Source: a virus
Reading direction: 5' to 3' (one strand)
IMG/VR virus record: IMGVR_UViG_3300042503_000110
Location: 1-64,000 of that record
Length of the DNA stretch: 64,000 nt
Shown: positions 57,101 through 64,000 of the stretch, piece by piece
Layout of the letters: each line of letters begins with the position of its first letter
How positions within the stretch are numbered: the first letter of the stretch is position 1
Program-made: the position numbers and the translations under genes
Notes under the pieces: model-generated
What the model was told of the DNA's origin: nothing
The model's input: the letters and a program-made list of their open reading frames with translations, nothing else
Databases searched by the model: none

Positions 57101-60100
57101 ATGAGTTTGGTAACAATGCTTTTGAAGCTAAACTAAGAGAGTTAGATGTAGATAAAGCAATTACTGATTACAACATAGAAGATTTAGTTAAGTTATCACG
57201 TCAACTTAATTTCAATAAAGAGCATATCAACGAAGACCTGGCTGAACTTTTGGGCGATCAAGTTAGCCAAGCACAGGCTCAGATAATTGAAAACTTAAAT
57301 AAACTTACTGGAGATGCAAAAGTTCAGGCTCTGGCAAAAATCCTAGACCAAACTATAAAGCAAAACACCATTACTTATTTTGATAAAGCTTCTTTCTTAA
57401 AATTCTTAACCTACGATAAGAAGTTCTACGATGCTCAAACAAACAAACTAACTCGTACTGAAACTGTAAGTGCAGCTGTAAGTGATGAAGAGTTTGAAAA
57501 AGTAAGAGCAGAAGTTATTAGACAAAGAGGACTACGTAAGAGTGCGTCTATGTCAACTACTGGCAGCGTAGACAACGTGAGTGCGCCTGTAGATTCTCAA
57601 TTCCAGGAAGATGCTTTGCGTACAATGGCAAAACAAGCAGCTACTGCTTCTAATCAAACAGATGAAGACGGCACGTCTCCACGTTCTGTTCTTGAAAAGC
57701 AATATGCTGATTCTTTCCTAGCAGGAAAAACTCCCGCAGAATCTGTAGCTGCACTTAAAGACAGAATAGGACAACTCCTTAATGCAGGAAGTGCTAGAGC
57801 AACTACTTTACTTAATGCGTTTAATAACCTACTTACCAGTAAAGATACAGTTGCATTTGACTCTCAACTTGCTTCCTTAAAGGCAGCGTTAAAAGCAGAG
57901 GCAGACTCTTTACGTAGTAAAGATAGAAACTCAAAAGCAGCCCAAGCACTTGATGGGGTAATTGCTGAACTAGGTTTATGGCAGAATACCGCTAAGAAAC
58001 TTTTGATTCTTAACCCTGCTACTGACTTTGCTCCTTTAGTAAACATTACTCCACCACCTGTAACTCCAGAAGTACCTCCAGTAGTTGATTTAGAAGAGGA
58101 CGACAATACTCTAACTCCTAATCAAATTAAATCTAAACAGGAAGAAATCAACAAACTAGATGAAGTCCAAAAAAGAAGACGCTCTCGTTTACTTGACCTA
58201 ACTAGTCCTGTTAGAAGTAATGGAATAGAGTTAGATCCAAAAGACCAAATTAACCAAGACCCTGTAGTTAAGCGTAGAGTAGCTTTTATTAATGACCTAG
58301 CTTCTACTCCAGATGCTAAGATTAAAATCTTTAATAAGAAACAATTCTTACGTGAGTTTTTAGCCTCTAAGTATCCTAATAAAACAAGTGTTGAAATCGA
58401 GCAGGATTTAAAGACCATTGAAACTTTCTTTGCACAGCTACCAAAAACTACTGTAGACAATTGGCTTACTCTTGAAAACCAAGCAGAGATTCTGACTCCT
58501 ATAACAGACTTGTTAGGAACAGAGTTTTTAGATAAAGGTCAAGTTAATTACTACGTAGCAAATAAAGGGGCTGGTTTAGTTACGACTCCTGAAGTTATAA
58601 TGACGGCTGCGGATAACAATGGTAAGATTATCCTTAAAGACGGTTATCCTTTAGAACTTAGTTTTGTTGCAGACAACAATACTGGTAATAATTCTAAATT
58701 TGCAGATGTTCCTTGGAAACTTTCAGGTAGAATACAAGATGAATCAGACAACTTAACTATTAAACAAGGTGATGTAATCGATACCCATAAACAAACCTTT
58801 GCTGATAAGAAAGCTGTAAAAGCTTATCTCGAAAAGAACGACACCAGTATTATGGGGCCGTTTGAAATTAGCGAAGGAGTTCTTGTAACTAAGGGCGCTA
58901 CATCTACAACTATTGCTGATTTAGAAAATAACCCACAGCTACAATCTGCAAGTATCAGAGATTTTGCTCTTCCTACTCAAAAAGGAACATTGATTGCAGG
59001 AAAACAATTTAAGTATAATGTAGGTCGTTTATATTACGACAATAATGGTAATCCTGTTTTACTTGGAAATAACAAACTTGATACAGATGAAATTTTAGCA
59101 ATAGCTGAAATTATTTATTCTTCCGAGGAAGTTATAGATCCTAGTGAGTTGGATGCGGCTTTGTTTGATTTAGTCAATCAGATTAACAAAGACAGTAAGT
59201 TAGTATTCTTTCCAACAGAGCCTTTAATGAATACAGAGGGGCAGTACGTATACCCCCAACTATTGAGTCCTAGTAAAGTAACTATTAACGAAAAAGGAGA
59301 ACGTAAGTACAAAAAGCTGTCTAAGGAAGAGTTTATTGAAGAAATGAAGAACTCTTACTACAAAGCAAGTGCTGCGTATTTAGAGGGAGGAACTAAGTTC
59401 AACCAAAAGATAACTCGTTTTGGCATGCAGAACGGTAAGCCTGTCACATATCCACAGCCCTACCTAGAGTTTATTAAAGAGACTCACACTATTCCAGTAA
59501 ACTCTGAAGGAGAAATTGTCCCGCTTGTAAATAAGATAGTTTATCCTAGTCCTTCCATATTTGAAGAGGCAAAGAAAACTTTTAAACTATCTGAAGATAC
59601 TAAGAGCCAACCTCCTAGTAAAGGTAGTGTGTCAGCAAAGTCAAATCCTGTACCTCCAAAAAACACTAAAAAGAGTACAGACCCAGCTAAGACACCTGTT
59701 CCTAACGATGTGTTTAACATGATTCCATTTAGTGAACTTCCTGCTTTCTTGGAGTCACTAGGTTTAGGTGCGTTGATTCCTACTTACTCAGAAGATACCT
59801 ATAATGCTCTGTTAGCTGAGATTCAAAGTAATCCTTCTTTTACTCCTTTTGTCTTTACAAAAGACGGACAAGGTGTAATGAGGAGCGACTATGTAGGTAA
59901 CAATCCTCAGGCATCTTTCTTACGAGCTGCGATAACTTTAAATGGTAAGACATACTTTGTTTACTTCAGACCAGGTTCTCATACTACGGGAGTAAATATT
60001 GGTGCAGTAATGACTGAAGGTAACGTAAGTTTTACAACTCAAATACCTCAGCCAACTCAGACACAAACTTTGCCCGAAGTTCCTACCACTACTGGAGGTA

Positions 60101-60513
60101 AGTTAGAGAACGTAAGGTTCCAAAACAAAGACTACAAAGTAGAATTAGTCCAGCAAGAAGACGGTACTTTCCAAGTTGCAAATATCTTTAATCCTGATGG
60201 CAAAAGTATTCCGCTCCAAACTGCTACGGGAATAAGTGTAATGATGTTATTAGATGACGAAGCTTTAGGTAAAAAAGATACAGGATTTATGAGTGTTAAT
60301 GACTTGATGAATGCTGCTAATCAAACACCACAAAGACCATCTGCTCCATCTAAACCTGCGCCTAAAACTCCTACAAATACTGTCTTTACTGAAGATGAAT
60401 CTCAACAAGCTAAAGAGAACAAAGACAGTTGTGCTAAAGGATTAGGAGAGGTTCCTTCTTTCAAAAAAATTAATAATCAAGTTCCTACTGGGAACAGGAT
60501 TCGCAAAAAATAG
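54145..60513 (+). CDS. Giant cargo/ejection protein (2122 aa), virion transcription-complex region
   Basis: Gly/Ala hydrophobic TM-like segment near 55510-55680; E..EE motif; long coiled coils; position before the zincin giant. Confidence 0.65.
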   Translation: MAKKVDSSFNFLGIDPRLNVGDPNVVKTAVDRSINSDPVLFNAYHTKELVRPRLDEIRRQNEMERLRNVDVNSFNYLAKKAGYDEGYAASLFNRVQDLSSMETQEALATYSDLLGELNDLKEQATTEQFGGIDKLADFGEGFFETAKGLTNLTNSLFGGEAQFTDPSEYLGKNKNDVMAQKALDEVFTPTEIYNYAKRVLDRQHKQISIKKFSQENGGADKILSLIESKNRDLTSMNGFDDLILPVLNNQFTTPGSDYFRGEGGDMTAQDVREFQDYTKQLFTTDLTKRSSWGSHIGNDGIGYGKYDLEKEALNDYKSVLQEELFTVVDERRGLIDQDKLKKNSKEDLVYQGKITRLNSALDKLVSREKNIDQVYGVSVGDRSGFLRGTLGSAYMATRDFATFITPGFDSPKFDIETQLLRNAMYKPEVVKYDKYGNPVLSNQVFYETASGNKANWSGLFEAGGAMIGDMTPAILTGGFVARAVGAGLSLAATEAAEATFAARAVSSTAKAYDKVNRYGNLRLADRVSTFGTIYGSTKPRIYEQEKKWGGDAEGRATYLAIAEAAAESIGFPDVGMLKVTPYSRGLGAAARTATGVNLTRSQLAGAYLRGGAEFAKNAVKANLVESFEEEMSLLGETLVSQAYADEYAKAGREQTEFSAENIVDTFVESFKGGLLYSGLMTGQNHYRATRKDALLDQAEYEAALNPELFKAKLKEIHQKNPAELSEKQLADGIVTIDNLSNTFKGLSQLENLRDLNTFFEDEESRRRLFTAARQRDVLRSIDFDSLTPEQQEEFTKAKLSGKIAKNATKEYNKVRQQIANLVTETQGKKLTPEESIQLIALQAQAFKLKEVTNTIDLRKLNNSQMETLASMGIIQDKDFQFTQEDLDKMIGEVDTEILKTEKRAFEYASMSKAEKAEAIKKAYEKKIAEINQVDEPNVLMESLIKLKRDYEYLEKNVPNINPEILANKQALLDAFEQKFDSLTQRDEFGNNAFEAKLRELDVDKAITDYNIEDLVKLSRQLNFNKEHINEDLAELLGDQVSQAQAQIIENLNKLTGDAKVQALAKILDQTIKQNTITYFDKASFLKFLTYDKKFYDAQTNKLTRTETVSAAVSDEEFEKVRAEVIRQRGLRKSASMSTTGSVDNVSAPVDSQFQEDALRTMAKQAATASNQTDEDGTSPRSVLEKQYADSFLAGKTPAESVAALKDRIGQLLNAGSARATTLLNAFNNLLTSKDTVAFDSQLASLKAALKAEADSLRSKDRNSKAAQALDGVIAELGLWQNTAKKLLILNPATDFAPLVNITPPPVTPEVPPVVDLEEDDNTLTPNQIKSKQEEINKLDEVQKRRRSRLLDLTSPVRSNGIELDPKDQINQDPVVKRRVAFINDLASTPDAKIKIFNKKQFLREFLASKYPNKTSVEIEQDLKTIETFFAQLPKTTVDNWLTLENQAEILTPITDLLGTEFLDKGQVNYYVANKGAGLVTTPEVIMTAADNNGKIILKDGYPLELSFVADNNTGNNSKFADVPWKLSGRIQDESDNLTIKQGDVIDTHKQTFADKKAVKAYLEKNDTSIMGPFEISEGVLVTKGATSTTIADLENNPQLQSASIRDFALPTQKGTLIAGKQFKYNVGRLYYDNNGNPVLLGNNKLDTDEILAIAEIIYSSEEVIDPSELDAALFDLVNQINKDSKLVFFPTEPLMNTEGQYVYPQLLSPSKVTINEKGERKYKKLSKEEFIEEMKNSYYKASAAYLEGGTKFNQKITRFGMQNGKPVTYPQPYLEFIKETHTIPVNSEGEIVPLVNKIVYPSPSIFEEAKKTFKLSEDTKSQPPSKGSVSAKSNPVPPKNTKKSTDPAKTPVPNDVFNMIPFSELPAFLESLGLGALIPTYSEDTYNALLAEIQSNPSFTPFVFTKDGQGVMRSDYVGNNPQASFLRAAITLNGKTYFVYFRPGSHTTGVNIGAVMTEGNVSFTTQIPQPTQTQTLPEVPTTTGGKLENVRFQNKDYKVELVQQEDGTFQVANIFNPDGKSIPLQTATGISVMMLLDDEALGKKDTGFMSVNDLMNAANQTPQRPSAPSKPAPKTPTNTVFTEDESQQAKENKDSCAKGLGEVPSFKKINNQVPTGNRIRKK

Positions 60514-60522
60514 TAATTGAGT

Positions 60523-60530
60523 TATATTTG
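60523..60530 (+). promoter_or_regulatory. Bacteroidota -7 promoter element
   Basis: TATATTTG, 17 nt upstream of ATG 60548. Confidence 0.55.
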
Positions 60531-60547
60531 TATTAAAACAATAAAAA

Positions 60548-63500
60548 ATGATCTGTCCTAATTTTAGTAATCCTCAGATAAGCAAACAATTTTATGATTT
60601 AGCTGGAGTAGTAGGTGAAGACTTTGCTTACTTTTTATGGGATAAAAATGATGGGTTGCCTTTAACTTTAAAAGTTAATCCTAATAATCCTGCTGAGGTT
60701 ATTCCTAATCCTTTATATGAATCTTTGGATGAAAAGTTTGGCGGAGATTTTGTAAAAGCTACTTTGGGAACTGCATTAACATACGGTTCAACATTTAAAA
60801 AAGCTAATCCAAAGTTTAACTCATTTACACCCCAACAACAAGCTGATGCTATTAGTGGTTATGTAAACAATCTAGATATTAGTTTAGAGGATGCAACTCA
60901 AAACTATATTAAGAAAGCAAACACAATTAATAGAACATTCAAACGTGCCTACAAAAACCAAGAACAAGTAGTTGCTAGAGAAGATTTGCGTAAAGACCCT
61001 AACTCTGTAGTTAATCAAGTAGAAGATTTAACCGCAGAAGACCGCACAGCAGCTTACGAGTTCTTCAAGACAAACAATCTTTTAAATAAGATTAGTTTTA
61101 AGAACGCCCAAGGAGTAGTAAACTCTGGAGCTTACGCACAGTGGACTAAGAAAGGAGTAACCTTATATAAAGGTTCCGACTACACAGACCTTTATCACGA
61201 AGCTTGGCACGAGTTTACCCAGTGGTTTTTAACTCCACAAGAGAAAGCAATTCTTTATGGTGCAGTAAGAGCAAGAGAAGGCTCAGTTACTCTAGGAGAT
61301 ATATCGGTTCCTTACTATGCGCTAAGTCAACGTCAAGCTGAAGAAGTATTGGCGGAAGAGTTTAGAGCATTTTCTATCAAGAAAGCCCGTAACGAGAAGG
61401 CAGAAAATCTTGAGCCAAAAGTAAAAGGTTTCTTTGAGAGACTATATGACTGGTTGCAATGGTTGTTCTATGGTGCACCTAAGACAAACACTCCTGTAGA
61501 AACCTTTAATCTACAGAACGTAAATTCTTTGTTTGAAGCTTTCTACAATGGGGACATCTCTACTACTAGAAAAGCGGCTGACAACATTATAGAAGATTCT
61601 TTAAATAGAAGTACTGCATTTAGTGTACCCATTGTTACTGATGAGGGAGTTAAGCAGCGTGACATTGACCCTGCTACTGGTGCAGAGATTATCAGTTACG
61701 TAAGTTACAGTATCTACAAGCAGATGCGCGACCAAAAAATCGGCATGAGTTCTTTGTTGAATCCTGAAACTAGAGCAAAAATTATCCCTGAATTATACAT
61801 AGCAGTAAGAGCAGAGATTAACGACATCATTGATAAGTTAGAAGTTGACTATGAGAAAGCTATAGCTGCTGGTAAAGAAGCTACTGCTAGTATGATAGAT
61901 GAGCAGATGGTCAACCTAATTGATTTGGTAAACGAAGACGAAGCGTGGCAGCGTGTAGTCGACATGCACCAAATTAGTTCCCAAGCACAAATCTTCCTTG
62001 TTGAAGAGATTGACGATACTAAGGACGAAAAACAAGACCAACAGGCAGACAACGAGCCTATTGAAGAAAATACTCGTAACACAGTAGAATACGGAGATAA
62101 ATCAAACGTAAATCCTCTAGACCTTTACGATCCTTATGTGGTTGAGTTGATTAAAGGGATGCCTGATATTATCCGTTCAGGCGACAGAGAGATTCCAAGT
62201 ACAGGACGTAACTTAGGTTTACCTTTAAATGGAGACTTCCAACGCAACAAGAACTTACTTCAGAACTTGTTATCAGGTGTAACTAACTATCAGCAAGCAA
62301 TTGACACTCTAGTTCTAGCTAGTGAACAACACCCACAACTTAAGTATCTTATCCAGCTTTTACCTGACCCTAATGCAGAAACTCTTTCTTTAGAAGAAAC
62401 TTCTTTACAGGCACAGTTCGTACAAGCCTTGTCCATGCCTCGCATAGACCCTTATTCTATTAAGGCACGAGAGACTACTGAGTTAACAAATGACGGAGAA
62501 GTTAAAAACATAACCTTTAATACTTTCTACATAAGCACTCTTACCCAAGATGCTTTGTTAGAGTACTTGGATGATGAGTTTCAGAAATCAGCAGTTAGTG
62601 ATTTTAAATCAGAGGCTGACCAAGCTACTAGTAGACAAAGACAATTTGTAAACAAATCAATTAGTGGATTAGAGTTTGCTACATTCTCTACCGCTTCTTT
62701 ACTTGATGAATACAAAATTACTCCTGAGAGTTCAGACAGTCTTCTTTTTGAGTTTATGGATTCTGCTTTTGGTGTGGACTTATACCAGGGCATTGATCCG
62801 CAATACTTATTTGATGCTAAAGGAAACATAAAACTAAGCAATAGTCGTTACACCAAAGCAGAAAGAAACGCGCTTAACAAAGTTTCTATTGCTACTTATA
62901 ACAAGGTAAAACTATACCACCTTATAAACAACCTTCCTAAAGGAATAGGTAAGTCAATGAAAGACTTAATTCCTGCTAGGATTGAGACTCCTGCAAAAAC
63001 TTTTATTGAAGACGTAAAAGCATCTCTAGTAAAAGAAATAGAAGGATTAAATAAAGTAATTGAAAAGACTACCAAAGAAGAACACAAACAAGCACTGCAA
63101 GAAATCTTAGATCTTTATAACTCATTAATTAAAGGTAATAATAATCTAAGAAACGAAAGACAGATTCTTTTCCGTTCTATCGAAAACCACTACAACAAGG
63201 TAGTTAAGTCAGCTTCTTATTTAAATGATGAGAACAACTTAGAGTGGTCTATTCGTGAGTGGCAGCATGTAGTAACACAAGCCGCAGGTTTAAACCAAGC
63301 TACTAGTTTAGCGGACCTTACTGGGCATTTGTCTACTAGTGATTTTGTCGCTAACTCTAGATTAATTAACAGAGCATTTGACACAGAGACAGGTAGTCGC
63401 ATCTCTAACAGGGATGGAGACAATGTACTATTTGAATTAGTTAATATCTCTGGATACTCAACTAAACCAGAAGGAAAGAAAACAATTAACCTTGACCCTG

Positions 63501-64000
63501 ATGATAAGTTGATTCAGGATCTAACAGCTTTTATCAAAGACGGTATTGTAGAGAACCTACGTTACGGTGCTAAATCAACAAGTCTTGGTCTTAGAACAAA
63601 TGGTTCAAGAGCAGACAGATTGTTTTTTGATCGTAGTAAGTTCGCCTATAACGAAGAGACTGGTAGAATAATACTAGACCCTCAGGTAATTACTACATTT
63701 AAAAACTACTTACGTTATGAACTAAGTAGGATGTATGATGACAGAGCTGAATCTACTGCTAAAGAAAAACGTGGGTTTGACTTAATCATTCTTAAAGACA
63801 TCTTAGGAGATAGAGTAGAGAGTTTAAAGGCAATGATTAAAAACTCTACTGAAGGCAAAGAAGCTACAGTAGAGAGTGTGCTTAAGACAATTAGTGGGGC
63901 TGAGATGAATGTGCGCATAACTGATTACTTTAATAATGAAATAAACGCCTTCAAACAAGACTTAGCAGAAGCCCTTAACCAAGGTAATGTAGAAGCCAAA
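60548..64000 (+). CDS. Giant cargo protein with zincin domain, probably a virion RNA polymerase-associated polyprotein (3' truncated)
   Basis: Not in the track, presumably because it has no stop in the window. ATG 60548 gives MICPNFSNPQISKQF..L...VG...AY..W; in-frame LYHEAWHEF (HExxH at 61196-61210) and EE.LAE.F. Confidence 0.8.
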   Translation, partial: MICPNFSNPQISKQFYDLAGVVGEDFAYFLWDKNDGLPLTLKVNPNNPAEVIPNPLYESLDEKFGGDFVKATLGTALTYGSTFKKANPKFNSFTPQQQADAISGYVNNLDISLEDATQNYIKKANTINRTFKRAYKNQEQVVAREDLRKDPNSVVNQVEDLTAEDRTAAYEFFKTNNLLNKISFKNAQGVVNSGAYAQWTKKGVTLYKGSDYTDLYHEAWHEFTQWFLTPQEKAILYGAVRAREGSVTLGDISVPYYALSQRQAEEVLAEEFRAFSIKKARNEKAENLEPKVKGFFERLYDWLQWLFYGAPKTNTPVETFNLQNVNSLFEAFYNGDISTTRKAADNIIEDSLNRSTAFSVPIVTDEGVKQRDIDPATGAEIISYVSYSIYKQMRDQKIGMSSLLNPETRAKIIPELYIAVRAEINDIIDKLEVDYEKAIAAGKEATASMIDEQMVNLIDLVNEDEAWQRVVDMHQISSQAQIFLVEEIDDTKDEKQDQQADNEPIEENTRNTVEYGDKSNVNPLDLYDPYVVELIKGMPDIIRSGDREIPSTGRNLGLPLNGDFQRNKNLLQNLLSGVTNYQQAIDTLVLASEQHPQLKYLIQLLPDPNAETLSLEETSLQAQFVQALSMPRIDPYSIKARETTELTNDGEVKNITFNTFYISTLTQDALLEYLDDEFQKSAVSDFKSEADQATSRQRQFVNKSISGLEFATFSTASLLDEYKITPESSDSLLFEFMDSAFGVDLYQGIDPQYLFDAKGNIKLSNSRYTKAERNALNKVSIATYNKVKLYHLINNLPKGIGKSMKDLIPARIETPAKTFIEDVKASLVKEIEGLNKVIEKTTKEEHKQALQEILDLYNSLIKGNNNLRNERQILFRSIENHYNKVVKSASYLNDENNLEWSIREWQHVVTQAAGLNQATSLADLTGHLSTSDFVANSRLINRAFDTETGSRISNRDGDNVLFELVNISGYSTKPEGKKTINLDPDDKLIQDLTAFIKDGIVENLRYGAKSTSLGLRTNGSRADRLFFDRSKFAYNEETGRIILDPQVITTFKNYLRYELSRMYDDRAESTAKEKRGFDLIILKDILGDRVESLKAMIKNSTEGKEATVESVLKTISGAEMNVRITDYFNNEINAFKQDLAEALNQGNVEAK

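Noticed and set aside
1944-63918. Numerous short antisense and alternate-frame ORFs in the track (for example 3178..3774, 10550..10936, 58122..58460)
   Set aside because: They are shadows of long + strand genes with biased codon usage and have no motifs or expression signals.
1583-64000. Stop-codon reassignment (TAG to Gln or TGA to Trp) as in some crAss-like phages
   Set aside because: Long ORFs are intact under code 11; TAG and TGA end genes at sensible boundaries, and the TAG codons at 54135 and 60513 are immediately backed by TAA.

Overview
This window is the late (virion, lysis and packaging) arm of a large crAss-like podophage (Crassvirales-like). It almost certainly infects a Bacteroidota host, probably a Flavobacteriia-like one. 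After a poly-C end that is probably an artefact and two minus-strand genes (one resembles an ATE1/Bpt aminoacyl-tRNA-protein transferase), everything runs on the + strand. The order is: tail fibres and chaperones (1.6-13.6 kb); holin, GIY-YIG homing endonuclease and endolysin (13.7-15.3 kb); an 8-gene block of host-secreted envelope proteins (15.3-21.7 kb); HTH, HU and Zn-finger genes; terminase; portal; scaffold; major capsid; ring, hub and auxiliary capsid proteins; muzzle; then the ejected cargo proteins. The last ORF is a giant zincin-containing gene (from 60548) that is missing from the ORF track and runs off the window. The genetic code is standard, and I found no tRNA, CRISPR array, intron or RT. 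About 11 intergenic gaps carry the Bacteroidota housekeeping -7 box TAnnTTTG, most with a TTG 18-20 nt upstream. The best candidates for undescribed systems are: (1) a phage-encoded 'mini-cellulosome-like' surface module in the lysis operon, made of a cohesin-dockerin-cohesin-T9SS scaffoldin, a C-type-lectin-dockerin, a CsgG-like lipoprotein, a beta-barrel, a zincin and membrane proteins, whose five SPI signal peptides follow the Bacteroidota Q-rule; (2) a possible RNA-based translational control circuit, with an AAAACCAACC leader motif on assembly and regulatory genes, its exact complement in the 3' UTR of the structural operon, and a stand-alone promoter-to-terminator small RNA with three anti-AUG sites; (3) shared LYKK(Y/F) and xxGG peptide tags on the cargo proteins. 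All family calls come from recognising motifs by eye; no database search was run.
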